A stretch of 15,462 nucleotides of DNA, taken from assembly GCA_037147375.1 (NCBI GenBank), contig JBAWVI010000009.1, positions 1-15,462 of the forward strand. The letters are read 5' to 3'. Below, piece by piece: positions 6,347-14,728 of the stretch; the first letter of the stretch is position 1, and each line of letters begins with the position of its first letter. The stretch comes from an archaeon. GTDB taxonomy: Archaea; Iainarchaeota; Iainarchaeia; Iainarchaeales; CSSED10-239. The notes beneath the pieces were generated by a model. That model searched no databases, was not told the origin of the DNA, and was given only the letters and a program-made list of their open reading frames with translations. The translations under genes were made by a program, and so were the position numbers.

Positions 6347-7087
6347 TTATTCTTCCTTTGCTTTAAGCTTATTTGAAAGCTTTAATTTTGATGAATTTCT
6401 AAGTGCATCAATTGTAGCTTTAACGAAATTTAATTTTGTATCTGTTGATCCTCTTGTTTTTGACCAAACATCTTTAATTCCAGCAATTTCAAGAACTGGT
6501 TTAATAGCATCTGATACAGCTAGTCCAAGCCCATTTGGTGCAGGAACTAATTCAACTCTTAAAGATGCACACTTACCAATTGTAAGGTATGGTACTGAAT
6601 GTTTGTTTGTACAGTTACATTCCCAACTTCCGCATCCTCTTTTAACAAATATCATATTTAATTTAGCATCTTGTACTGCTTTTTCTTGAGCATTTATTCT
6701 TTCAATGTTTTTCCCAAGTCCAATACCGATGTGTCCATTTCCATCTCCAATAATTACAGCAACTCTAAATGAAAAGTGACGACCTGCTCTTGTTACTCTT
6801 GTTGTTTTCTTGATATCAACAACCTTAATTTTTAAATCAGGTATTAAAAAATCAACAATCTGTGGTTCCATGATTTTTCCTGCTCTTTGAGCATCATCAA
6901 GAGATGTAATTTGTCCATCCTTAACAGCCTTACCTAATTTAGTTTTAGGTGCCCAGGTTGCTGGATCAAAAGGAACATTTAATGATCTTTCTGTTCTTAC
7001 ACGTCTTTTAATAATCACGTCTGCGATTGTTTTTTCAAAGTCCTTTTCTTTGTCCTTTGCAATTAATGGTTTTTTATCAAACGGCAT
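6347..7087 (-). CDS. rps5: 30S ribosomal protein uS5
   Basis: Contains GRHFSFRVAVIIGDGNGHIGIGLGK, RGCGSWEC and LVPAPNGLGL. Confidence 0.96.
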   Translation of the reverse strand: MPFDKKPLIAKDKEKDFEKTIADVIIKRRVRTERSLNVPFDPATWAPKTKLGKAVKDGQITSLDDAQRAGKIMEPQIVDFLIPDLKIKVVDIKKTTRVTRAGRHFSFRVAVIIGDGNGHIGIGLGKNIERINAQEKAVQDAKLNMIFVKRGCGSWECNCTNKHSVPYLTIGKCASLRVELVPAPNGLGLAVSDAIKPVLEIAGIKDVWSKTRGSTDTKLNFVKATIDALRNSSKLKLSNKLKAKEE

Positions 7088-7107
7088 ATTTTATCATTCT
7101 TTTTAAT

Positions 7108-7617
7108 TTACATTTTCATTATTTTTTGTTTAGCTTCTTCGAAATCTTTTGTTAAGTTATTTTTTAAGTGTTTTGTAATTTCTTCTCCCTTGATTCTATC
7201 ATCACTAGGGAATGCTTCTTCGCTATATGGAACATCAAGCCCGAAATCAACAATTGCTTTTAAACCAGCAAATATTTTATTTCCTGATTTTACGTTACGA
7301 CCAATATCAAATACTACTTCCTTAATTCCTTTCTTTTTTGCATTAGAACATAATAAAAGTGAAGTAAGATAGATAGCTGGAGTGTTCTTTAAACTATGTT
7401 TCCAACCAACTTTTTTAAGATCATTACTATTATTTGAAAGAATAGTTACGTCTCCATCCTTTCTGTACTCAATTATCTGTGCTCTTACAAGTTTATTAGA
7501 GATTCTTATAACAAATCTATGCTTTTCTGACTTTAACATTGCAAGTCTTTTAGAGTAATTTGTTTTTTGTTCTCTTCTTCTTCTAAACTCAACAGAGTAT
7601 ATTGGACCGCTTTTCAT
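7108..7617 (-). CDS. rpl18: 50S ribosomal protein uL18
   Basis: Contains GPIYSVEFRRRREQKTNYSKR, VRAQII, GW...NTPAIYLT and IFAGLKAIVDFGLDVP. Confidence 0.95.
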   Translation of the reverse strand: MKSGPIYSVEFRRRREQKTNYSKRLAMLKSEKHRFVIRISNKLVRAQIIEYRKDGDVTILSNNSNDLKKVGWKHSLKNTPAIYLTSLLLCSNAKKKGIKEVVFDIGRNVKSGNKIFAGLKAIVDFGLDVPYSEEAFPSDDRIKGEEITKHLKNNLTKDFEEAKQKIMKM

Positions 7618-7634
7618 AATTATTTCACCATTAT

Positions 7635-8081
7635 TTATTTAATTTCATTAACGTGTTCTTCAAGATGCTTTTTTCCTCTAAAATAATTACCTTTAACCAT
7701 TTTGTAAAGCTTACGATAATTCTTTTCCTTTAATGCATCTTTTTCTTTAAGTTCTTTAAGTTTCTTTCTTAAACCTCTAATCTTTAAGTTATAGATATTT
7801 CCTTTTTCTCTTGCTTTTGGAGTTCCTTTTCTTTTTCCAGGTCCTCTCTTTCTTTTAAGTTTCTTTTTTTCAAGAAGTATTCTAGCTCTTCCTCTTGAAT
7901 GGCCTGTGTCTTTTCTTTTTTCAACAATTCCAGTCACAATTACTTTTCTAATGTCTTCTCTTGTAATTGCATCATCAACCATTTTCTTATTGTCATTGTA
8001 CTTATCATTATTAATAACAAGTCTTTGTTTTCCAACTCTAAGTAGCTTGCTTGCCATTTCAATTAATTTGTCTTGCTTCAT
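7635..8081 (-). CDS. rpl19e: 50S ribosomal protein eL19 (L19e)
   Basis: Contains MASKLLRVGKQRL, DAITREDIRKVI, GHSRGRAR and a basic C-terminal half. It sits in the L32e-L19e-L18 order. Confidence 0.93.
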   Translation of the reverse strand: MKQDKLIEMASKLLRVGKQRLVINNDKYNDNKKMVDDAITREDIRKVIVTGIVEKRKDTGHSRGRARILLEKKKLKRKRGPGKRKGTPKAREKGNIYNLKIRGLRKKLKELKEKDALKEKNYRKLYKMVKGNYFRGKKHLEEHVNEIK

Positions 8082-8113
8082 AATATTTCACACAAATTTA
8101 AATTATTTATATC

Positions 8114-8452
8114 TTAATTTAATACTTTAAGTCCTTTTTCTTTTGCAATTTTAGTTAATTCAATCTTTTTCTTTTCTCCAAGTCTACCAGAGAACCTGAT
8201 TGCGATCTTTTCTTCAGCAATATTTAATAAATCAGTTTTTGAAGAAACTAATATTTCAAACATCTTACTAGGATGCATTCCTCTCTCAGCTGTTGGATGA
8301 GAAAAACCAACTCTTGGCATTGGACCTCTAGATGATGATAGGCTTCTATCAATACCTCTTGGGAATCTCCATGTTTGTAAATCTCTTCTTCTAACATGTC
8401 TTTTGTTTGTTAAGGAATAATGTCCTCTAAAGTTCGGTCTATCATTACTCAT
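8114..8452 (-). CDS. rpl32e: 50S ribosomal protein eL32 (L32e)
   Basis: Contains WRFPRGIDRS, MPRVGFSHPTAERGMHPS and IAIRFSGRLG. Confidence 0.92.
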   Translation of the reverse strand: MSNDRPNFRGHYSLTNKRHVRRRDLQTWRFPRGIDRSLSSSRGPMPRVGFSHPTAERGMHPSKMFEILVSSKTDLLNIAEEKIAIRFSGRLGEKKKIELTKIAKEKGLKVLN

Positions 8453-8480
8453 AAATCTCTTCTCTCATTAATTATTATTT

Positions 8481-9056
8481 TTAAATATGTCTCTCTGTGA
8501 TGTAACATCCATCATCGAATATTCTGTAATCGTGTCCTACAACCTTTGATGTTCTTTCTATGTTTCCTGCAGTTAATGAAACGTTATGTAAGTTATGTCC
8601 TGAAACTGTGATGTCTTTTCCAGCAACTACAACTTTTACTCCAGGCATGATTTCTGTTTTTCTAGGTTTCTTTTCTCCTAAAAAGTTCATGATTAAGATT
8701 TTATCTCCTTCTATCTTGACTGTAATTGGAAAGTGAGAATAAATAACTGAAAGCTTGTATACAAATTCTTTTGTAAATCCAAGTAATGCATTCTTAATTA
8801 TTTTTAAAGTTGTGTTTGCAACTGAAAGAAATCTTTTTGGTGTCTTTCTTGCTGTAATTATTAACTTATTATCTTTATGTTCAATTAAAACATATACTTG
8901 ATTGTAAGGTAATACTTGTATAATTCCTTTTGATTCAAGAGAAAGTGTTGTTTTGTCTATTGTAACCTTAACATCACTTGGCACATCTATTGAATTACTG
9001 TGAACTTCTTTCTTAACCTTTGGTTTAGCTTCTTTTTTAATTTCTTTCTTAACCAT
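8481..9056 (-). CDS. rpl6: 50S ribosomal protein uL6 with a short Lys-rich N-terminal extension
   Basis: A two-domain L6 pattern (VKVTIDKTTLSLESKG; SHFPITVKIEGDKILIMNFLGEKKPR; ITVSGHN). It lies between uS8 and eL32. Confidence 0.93.
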   Translation of the reverse strand: MVKKEIKKEAKPKVKKEVHSNSIDVPSDVKVTIDKTTLSLESKGIIQVLPYNQVYVLIEHKDNKLIITARKTPKRFLSVANTTLKIIKNALLGFTKEFVYKLSVIYSHFPITVKIEGDKILIMNFLGEKKPRKTEIMPGVKVVVAGKDITVSGHNLHNVSLTAGNIERTSKVVGHDYRIFDDGCYITERHI

Positions 9057-9076
9057 AATAATTCCTACTTTTTAAT

Positions 9077-9466
9077 TTAATAAACAAATGCTATTAATCT
9101 TCCACCAAGCTTGTTTTTCTTAGCTTCAACGTGTGTCATAATACCTTTAGTTGTGCTAACAACAAGTAAACCAACATCTCTTGAAATTAAAAAAGATTTC
9201 TCAAACTTTTCATAATCTCCGTGCTTAACAGCAAATCTTGGTTTGATTGCCTTACACTTATTTATCTTACCATCAAGATAAACAATTAATTTTTTATGTG
9301 GCTTTTTGTCTATGACTTTAAAGTTAGCTATGTAACCTTCGTCTTTCAAAACCTTGATTACTCCTTCAAGGAAATTTGAATGACTTAAAGCGCATGTCCT
9401 TTTTGCAACATTTTCTGCATTGTTTATGTTATTTAATGCATCTGAAACTGGATCATTTAAACTCAT
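9077..9466 (-). CDS. rps8: 30S ribosomal protein uS8 (start moved to the ATG at 9466; the track ORF begins at a GTG at 9475)
   Basis: MSLNDPVSDALNNINNAE is the canonical S8 N-terminus. The track's GTG start lies inside the AGGTGAAG Shine-Dalgarno sequence, which sits 5 nt before the ATG. The C-terminus is GGRLIAFVY. Confidence 0.92.
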   Translation of the reverse strand: MSLNDPVSDALNNINNAENVAKRTCALSHSNFLEGVIKVLKDEGYIANFKVIDKKPHKKLIVYLDGKINKCKAIKPRFAVKHGDYEKFEKSFLISRDVGLLVVSTTKGIMTHVEAKKNKLGGRLIAFVY

Positions 9467-9497
9467 CAACTTCACCTAATAAATAAATTTTATCCCT

Positions 9498-9680
9498 TTA
9501 ATCATATTTTTTAAAACCTAACTCTTCTGCATAATCATTAAAACATCTTCTACAAATATTAAGATTATATTTTCTTATAAGACCTCTTTGTGATTCACAA
9601 AACCTACACTTTCTTGCTCTCTTAAGTTCTTTGCTTGTTTTACTTAAAGCTGGTCTTTTTGATTTTGTTTCTGTACTCAT
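9498..9680 (-). CDS. rps14: 30S ribosomal protein uS14, zinc-binding type
   Basis: [23 protein letters not shown] (CxxC...CxxC). Its start overlaps the uL5 stop (ATGA). Confidence 0.94.
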   Translation of the reverse strand: MSTETKSKRPALSKTSKELKRARKCRFCESQRGLIRKYNLNICRRCFNDYAEELGFKKYD

Positions 9681-10234
9681 TCAATCACGACCTTTAACTT
9701 TTCTTTTGCAAATTCCATAGCATCTTCTTTTGTAATTAAATGCTTCTTTCCTATTTTTGCAAACTTTAGTTTTCTTAATTTAACTCTGTATCCTCTTCTT
9801 CTAAGAGACACACAAACATCAAAACCTCTTATTCCAAGTTCTGGATTGTACTTAACTCCAGGAACATCAAGGTATTCTCTAATACCGTATGAGAAATTAC
9901 CATCTTTTGAAAATGATTTTTTCTTTAAGATGTGTTTCTTTGCTCTTAATGTTAAATCAATAAAATCATTAGCTTCTTTTCCTCTTAAAGTTGTTTTACA
10001 ACCAATAGGAAGCCCAGGTCTTATTCCCCAAGTTGGAAGCTTAACTTTACATTTAGTTTTTACTCCGTGTTTCTTTGTAACAAGTTCAAGAATCTTTACT
10101 GCTTTTTCAAGTTCAGCACCTGATTCTCCAACACCAATGTTAACAACAACCTTGTCAACAAATACATCTCTCATTACATTCTTTTCAGCCTTAACTTTTG
10201 GCTCTTTTTTTATTTCTTGTTTTTTATCTTGCAT
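9677..10234 (-). CDS. rpl5: 50S ribosomal protein uL5 with a short Lys-rich N-terminal extension
   Basis: Contains [21 protein letters not shown] and [15 protein letters not shown]. Confidence 0.95.
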   Translation of the reverse strand: MQDKKQEIKKEPKVKAEKNVMRDVFVDKVVVNIGVGESGAELEKAVKILELVTKKHGVKTKCKVKLPTWGIRPGLPIGCKTTLRGKEANDFIDLTLRAKKHILKKKSFSKDGNFSYGIREYLDVPGVKYNPELGIRGFDVCVSLRRRGYRVKLRKLKFAKIGKKHLITKEDAMEFAKEKLKVVIE

Positions 10235-10249
10235 AAAATATCACAAAAT

Positions 10250-10939
10250 TTAATTAATAACTATTACGTTTTTTTCTATAGTTTCAAACTCAAAGCTTTT
10301 TGTTTTAGCTTTAATTAATTCATGTCTTTGCATTGTTCCTGGAGTAACTGCTGTTATCTTACCAATTTGTCCAACATGCTTACCATTGATTACAAGGATT
10401 TCGCTTCCTTTTTCAAGTGGATAATATTCTTTTATTGTTCCTTCAAGTAAATCAATCTTTATTGATGCTTTTGGTTTATAAGCTTTATTTGTTGTAATGA
10501 TTGTTCTACCATCATTTGTTACGATTTGGATTTGTCCTTTCTTAACAACTGTTTTCTTAACAATCTTACAAACTTTGTAGTTTGATTCATCTTTTGTTAT
10601 TTCCTTAACTGAGTATGAACCATTGCTTGTTGAAATTACTCTATATAATTTATTGATCTTTGGAATTTCAATAACATCAAATAATCCAACTGGTAATCTA
10701 TGTTCAGATACTTTCTTTTTATCAACGATTATTTCTTTATTATTTATTATATATTTGATTTCTCTTGCATTATCAGCAAGATGTAAAATATCTCTAAGTA
10801 CAAAACCAATTGAAACTGCTGTTGATTTATTGTGTTTCCCTGGTTTTGGATTAATTAAAAATCTTTTAGTTTTATCAATTCCTGATATCTTATGAGCTTT
10901 TTGAAGCTTTAAACATTTTGTTTCGCCTTTATTTGCCAT
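10250..10939 (-). CDS. rps4e: 30S ribosomal protein eS4 (S4e)
   Basis: Contains PKPGKHNKSTAVSIGFVLRD, REIKYIINNKEIIVDKKKV, LPVGLFDVIEIP and a C-terminal KOW-like segment. Confidence 0.94.
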   Translation of the reverse strand: MANKGETKCLKLQKAHKISGIDKTKRFLINPKPGKHNKSTAVSIGFVLRDILHLADNAREIKYIINNKEIIVDKKKVSEHRLPVGLFDVIEIPKINKLYRVISTSNGSYSVKEITKDESNYKVCKIVKKTVVKKGQIQIVTNDGRTIITTNKAYKPKASIKIDLLEGTIKEYYPLEKGSEILVINGKHVGQIGKITAVTPGTMQRHELIKAKTKSFEFETIEKNVIVIN

Positions 10940-10940
10940 T

Positions 10941-11330
10941 TTATTCCACCTTTTTATTGGTTGGTGTTTTTTTAATTGTTTTGTGTTTTCTTGAAATTCT
11001 TCTAATATCTGTTAAAACAACGTCTGTTATTAAAAGATTTGATGCAACAAAAGGTAATAATTTTTCTTGACCTCTGTTGTTACTACGTTTAATATCTTTA
11101 ATGAAAATTCTTTCTTTAGTATAATCTACTCTTTCAACTTTTCCTGTTTTTCCTTTATTATCTCCAGTCATAATCTTAACTGTATCTCCCTTTCTAACAG
11201 TAAGTTTCTTCTTTCCAATACTTGCAAATAACTTCTTATCAAGTGGAGAGGTTAATAAATTTCTTTTATGATGATAAATTACATCATACATTCTTTTTCT
11301 TTGTTTACCTGGATTAATTGTTTTTTCCAT
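10941..11330 (-). CDS. rpl24: 50S ribosomal protein uL24
   Basis: Has the KOW motif VRKGDTVKIMTGDNKGKTGKVERVD. It lies between uL14 and eS4. Confidence 0.94.
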   Translation of the reverse strand: MEKTINPGKQRKRMYDVIYHHKRNLLTSPLDKKLFASIGKKKLTVRKGDTVKIMTGDNKGKTGKVERVDYTKERIFIKDIKRSNNRGQEKLLPFVASNLLITDVVLTDIRRISRKHKTIKKTPTNKKVE

Positions 11331-11352
11331 ATTTAATCATTTTTTAAATTAT

Positions 11353-11751
11353 TTAAATAACTGCAGATGCAAGACCAGCAATCTTTGAATATCTTTCTCC
11401 AACTTCCTTTGCAACACAACCTTTTACTTCTGAAGCCTTAGGAAAACCCTTAGGATCAGTTAAAACAACTGCATTGTCTTCAAAGCAAATTCTAAGTCCG
11501 TTTGCTCTTCTATATTCCTTCTTAACTCTAACAACAACTGCTCTTTCAATTTTTTTCTTCATTGAAGGATTACCTTTCTTAACAACAACGTTTATCATTG
11601 TTCCAATTCCAGCTTCAGGATGTTGTCTTTTTCTTGTTCTTTGATTAAATACAGATACAATTTCAACAATCTTTGCACCACTATTGTCAGCACAATTACA
11701 TCTAGATCCAACTTGAAGACTTCTAACTACGTTTGCACTTATTTGTTTCAT
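11353..11751 (-). CDS. rpl14: 50S ribosomal protein uL14
   Basis: Contains CADNSGAK, VVVRVKKEYRRANG and FEDNAVVL. Its start overlaps the uS17 stop (ATGA) and is preceded by an AGGTGATGA Shine-Dalgarno. Confidence 0.96.
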   Translation of the reverse strand: MKQISANVVRSLQVGSRCNCADNSGAKIVEIVSVFNQRTRKRQHPEAGIGTMINVVVKKGNPSMKKKIERAVVVRVKKEYRRANGLRICFEDNAVVLTDPKGFPKASEVKGCVAKEVGERYSKIAGLASAVI

Positions 11752-12095
11752 TCTTCATCACCTGTCTTTGTTGTTTCTACTTGTGTTACTTTCTTATCTT
11801 TTGGTATGTTTTCTGTATTTATTTTTTTAATTATAATCATTGATTTGGTTTTACTTATTTTTCTTGTTTCTCCACAAAGAACAACATCTCCAACAGCAAC
11901 ATCCATTCCTTCAGGAACATGTACTGCAAAAGTACTTTTCTTAACAAGATATCTTTCATACTTTGGAATGAATTTAATTGTTTTAACTTCAACATGAGCA
12001 GTCTTTTTAGATTTCATTCTAATTATCTTTGCTTCAATTAATTTTCCTCTTATAGAAAATTCATTCTTAACTTTAATTTTTGTATCTTTTTTCAT
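11748..12095 (-). CDS. rps17: 30S ribosomal protein uS17
   Basis: Contains KYERYLVKKSTFAVHVPEGMDVAVGDVVLCGETRKISKTKS. A TGTGATC Shine-Dalgarno lies upstream. Confidence 0.94.
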   Translation of the reverse strand: MKKDTKIKVKNEFSIRGKLIEAKIIRMKSKKTAHVEVKTIKFIPKYERYLVKKSTFAVHVPEGMDVAVGDVVLCGETRKISKTKSMIIIKKINTENIPKDKKVTQVETTKTGDEE

Positions 12096-12101
12096 TTAAG
12101 A

Positions 12102-12290
12102 TCACATTATATCCATCTTTAATATTTCTTTTTTTTTAATTGTAATTAATTTTTCTTTCTTTGTTCTGATTACTAAAATTTCTTTTGTTTCATTTATTAC
12201 AAATCCACAAATCCCAATCTTGCTTAAGTCACTTGAATTTATAATCTTTACATTCTTTCCTAGGTATTCAAGATCTTTTAAATTAAGCAT
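12102..12290 (-). CDS. rnp1: RNase P protein component 1 (Rpp29/Pop4), minimal form (62 aa from the ATG at 12290; the track's 72-aa version starts at 12320)
   Basis: LEYLGKNVKIINSSDLSKIGICGFVINETKEILVIRT matches the Rpp29 core pattern (L-x-G-x-x-V-x-I..S...I-x-G-x-V-x-x-ET-x-x-x-L-x-I). It holds the canonical slot between L29/SUI1 and S17. The ATG at 12290 gives an ATGCTTAA overlap with the aIF1 stop. Confidence 0.8.
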   Translation of the reverse strand: MLNLKDLEYLGKNVKIINSSDLSKIGICGFVINETKEILVIRTKKEKLITIKKKEILKMDIM

Positions 12291-12588
12291 CAATAAACTC
12301 CTGTAAATATCCTTTCTCAACTAATAATAATTTCACTTTATCCTTTTGACTTCCTTGTATTTCAACTATGTTGTTTTTTAAAGTTCCCCCACAAGCAAGT
12401 TTCTTTTTCAAAAATTTCTCAATATCCTTTCCTTCTTCAAGCGTTGAAAATCCAGAAATTGTTGTTACAAACTTCTTGAATTTTTTTCTTTGAATTGCGA
12501 TTTTAATGTGTTGAGATTCTTTTGATCTTACCCCACAAGTACATATACTTTTTGGCAAGTGACAGGTTGGACAAATTTCATTTATCAT
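12283..12588 (-). CDS. Translation initiation factor aIF1 (SUI1 family)
   Basis: Has an N-terminal Cys knuckle (CPTCHLPKSICTC) and a SUI1 core (IKIAIQRKKFKKFVTTISGF...LKKKLACGGTLKNNIVEIQGSQKDKV). Confidence 0.92.
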   Translation of the reverse strand: MINEICPTCHLPKSICTCGVRSKESQHIKIAIQRKKFKKFVTTISGFSTLEEGKDIEKFLKKKLACGGTLKNNIVEIQGSQKDKVKLLLVEKGYLQEFIDA

Positions 12589-12609
12589 TATATTATCTTT
12601 CTCCTATAT

Positions 12610-12867
12610 CTATTTCTTTTTAATTTCAGTTTTTGGTTTTGCAATCTTTGGTTTTGCTAAAACAATTGGTTTTGGTTTGTTTAATTGGTTAAATCTTGTT
12701 AATAATCTTGCAATTTCTTTCTTTAATTGTTTCTTCTTTGCTGTATTGTTTGACTTTGTTTTTGAAGCAAGCATACCTTTAAACTTTGCAAGCTCAATTT
12801 TAAGTTCAGAAACCTTTAAATTAATTGCTTCTATTGTGTTTAATTCAACTCTTCTTTTTTTAACCAT
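12610..12867 (-). CDS. rpl29: 50S ribosomal protein uL29 with a KPK-repeat C-terminal tail
   Basis: Contains ELKIELAKFKG...KKEIARLLT. It lies between uS3 and aIF1. Confidence 0.9.
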   Translation of the reverse strand: MVKKRRVELNTIEAINLKVSELKIELAKFKGMLASKTKSNNTAKKKQLKKEIARLLTRFNQLNKPKPIVLAKPKIAKPKTEIKKK

Positions 12868-12884
12868 ATAAAGATCACATTTAT

Positions 12885-13820
12885 TTATTCTTCGTCTTCA
12901 GTTTCAATTATTGTTTCTTCTTTCTTTTCAATAACTTCTGTTTCAATTGCTTTTGTATCTTCCTTCTTTTTCTTAGGAGCTTCTACATCTGCAACTTTCT
13001 TTTTTGAAACCTTTTTTTCAATTACATCGTTCTTTTTTACTTCATCTATCTTTGTTTCTTCTTTAGAAACAACTTTTTTGTTTTTCTTAATAATTTTTAT
13101 ATCTGATTCATGTGTTTCTTCTACAACTTCTTTTTCTTCTGTCTTTGCTTTTGTAGAATCATCAGTCATTTTTTCTTTTCTTTTTTCTAAGATATCTTCT
13201 TCCATTCTTATCTTGAAATCAGTTGCTAACTTCTTAACATCAACCTTATCACTAAATAAAATGTCTGGTGTTACAATTCTAAGTGTTATTCCAATTGTTC
13301 CAAGTCCAGGAAATGTTGTTCTTTTTTCACAAATTACAAGGTTCTTTTGATCTCCAGCTTTCTTCATGTATCCGAAGAAGAATCTAGATTTTCTTTTTCT
13401 TTGTCCCTTACCGCTTGTGTTTCCTTTTGCAATTATTTCTGCACCTATTGCTCCTGCTTCCTTAATTCCTTTAAGTGCATTGTAAACAACAGTTTTCCAT
13501 GCAGTTCCTCTCCCTATCTGAGATTGTATGGATTCCATAATTACTTTAGCATCAAGATTCTTATTTAAGATTTCTCCAATCTCAATATGAACTTTGCTTA
13601 AACCAAATTGATTTTCAATGTCTTCAGTAAGTCCTCTAATATTAGAACCTTTCTTACCAATAATGAAACCTGGTTTAAGCGCATAAATAATAACTCTTGT
13701 GTATAATGAAGTTTTTACAACTTCAACATCAACAAAGCCTGCGCCCTTAAGCTTCTTTTTTAGAAAATTTGATATAGCTATCTTTTTCAGCTTATCCTTA
13801 ATAAAAATATTTTCTTTCAA
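12885..13820 (-). CDS. rps3: 30S ribosomal protein uS3 with a Lys/Glu-rich C-terminal extension of about 100 aa; apparent TTG start
   Basis: The N-terminus, ENIFIKDKLKKIAISNFLKKKLKGAGFVDVEVVKT, aligns to the start of archaeal S3. It has a KH motif (GFIIGKKGSNIRGL). The TTG at 13818-13820 has GGAGGA 7 nt upstream and an in-frame TAA two codons upstream. Confidence 0.93.
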   Translation of the reverse strand: MKENIFIKDKLKKIAISNFLKKKLKGAGFVDVEVVKTSLYTRVIIYALKPGFIIGKKGSNIRGLTEDIENQFGLSKVHIEIGEILNKNLDAKVIMESIQSQIGRGTAWKTVVYNALKGIKEAGAIGAEIIAKGNTSGKGQRKRKSRFFFGYMKKAGDQKNLVICEKRTTFPGLGTIGITLRIVTPDILFSDKVDVKKLATDFKIRMEEDILEKRKEKMTDDSTKAKTEEKEVVEETHESDIKIIKKNKKVVSKEETKIDEVKKNDVIEKKVSKKKVADVEAPKKKKEDTKAIETEVIEKKEETIIETEDEE

Positions 13821-13823
13821 GAC

Positions 13824-14291
13824 TTATTCCTCCAAAACAATAACTTCTATGTTTGTGGATTTACTTTTTCTATTTTTTCCTGATATTCTACCAAGAGGTT
13901 GCATTTTGCTTCTTTGTACACCCTTGGTTGCAAACATATGTATTATTCTTAACTTTTCTGAATCTAAATTTTTATTTTCTGCGTTAGCTTTAACTTCTTC
14001 TAAAAGCTTTTTAACTTCAGCAGCGGCCTTAACAGGGAATCTTCCAGCTGGTGTTCCGCGTTTTGCTTCTCCTTTTCTATGAGCAACTTTCTTTCTGAAT
14101 CTAACAAGTGGAAGGTGATCTTTCATTTCCATAATGTTTGATGCAATAAGTATTGCTTTATCAAGCTTTTTACCCATAAAGTAATTTGAAAACTCAATTC
14201 CATATCTACTAGATATAGGAAGGTTTACTCTTTGGGATCTTGCTGATCTCTTTGGATCAATTGGTTTCTGATAATTAAAAATATGAACCAT
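13824..14291 (-). CDS. rpl22: 50S ribosomal protein uL22
   Basis: Contains ARSQRVNLPISSRYGIEFSNYFMGKKLDKA, FRKKVAHRKG and GRFPVKAA. Confidence 0.94.
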   Translation of the reverse strand: MVHIFNYQKPIDPKRSARSQRVNLPISSRYGIEFSNYFMGKKLDKAILIASNIMEMKDHLPLVRFRKKVAHRKGEAKRGTPAGRFPVKAAAEVKKLLEEVKANAENKNLDSEKLRIIHMFATKGVQRSKMQPLGRISGKNRKSKSTNIEVIVLEE

Positions 14292-14300
14292 ATTATCACT

Positions 14301-14684
14301 TTACTTTCTCTCGCTTATTGCTGTACTAGACTTTGTAGCACCAATACCAGCTTTTCCGTGTTTTACTTTCTTTCTTGTAAATGCAAATTCACCTAAATAA
14401 TGTCCAAGCATTTCTATTTGGATATCAACAGGCACAAATTCTTTACCATTATAAATTTCAACTTTCTTACCAACCATTTTAGGAGTAACAATTGAATCTC
14501 TTCTGTGAGTTCTAATCTTGTTATCCATTTTCTTGTCAGTTTCAAATCTTTGATAGAATTGTGAGTTTCCGTCTCTTAAAAGAGTTCTTCTTGCTCTTGA
14601 TGTTGTAATTTGAGCAAAATCTCTTAAAGACATCTTCTTTAATTCTTCAATTGTTTTTCCTTTATAATTAATTTCTGCTTCCAT
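14301..14684 (-). CDS. rps19: 30S ribosomal protein uS19
   Basis: Contains IRTHRRDSIVTPKMVGKKVEIYNGKEFVPVDIQIEMLGHYLGEFAFTRKKVKHG. Confidence 0.96.
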   Translation of the reverse strand: MEAEINYKGKTIEELKKMSLRDFAQITTSRARRTLLRDGNSQFYQRFETDKKMDNKIRTHRRDSIVTPKMVGKKVEIYNGKEFVPVDIQIEMLGHYLGEFAFTRKKVKHGKAGIGATKSSTAISERK

Positions 14685-14720
14685 TTCAATTTCACGTCTT
14701 TTAATTATTTTAATATATTA

Positions 14721-14728
14721 AATATAAA
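14721..14728 (-). promoter_or_regulatory. Candidate TATA box (TTTATATT) in the unusually long uL2-uS19 spacer, preceded by a T-rich tract
   Basis: The minus-strand spacer reads TTTTCTTCTTTTTATATTTAATATATTAAAATAATTAAAAGACGTGAAATTGAA-ATG. The TATA-like octamer is centred about 40 nt before the uS19 ATG. In DNA this AT-rich such matches are common by chance. Confidence 0.2.

Noticed and set aside
9467-9475. GTG start giving uS8 the N-terminus MKLMSLNDP.
   Set aside because: The GTG lies inside the AGGTGAAG Shine-Dalgarno sequence. The ATG at 9466 is correctly spaced from it and yields the canonical MSLNDP… S8 N-terminus.
12291-12320. Longer 72-aa form of Rpp29 starting at 12320, overlapping aIF1 by 38 nt.
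   Set aside because: The extra ten residues (MRKDIYRSLL) add nothing recognisable. The ATG at 12290 gives the typical short coupled overlap (ATGCTTAA). The longer form cannot be excluded without data.
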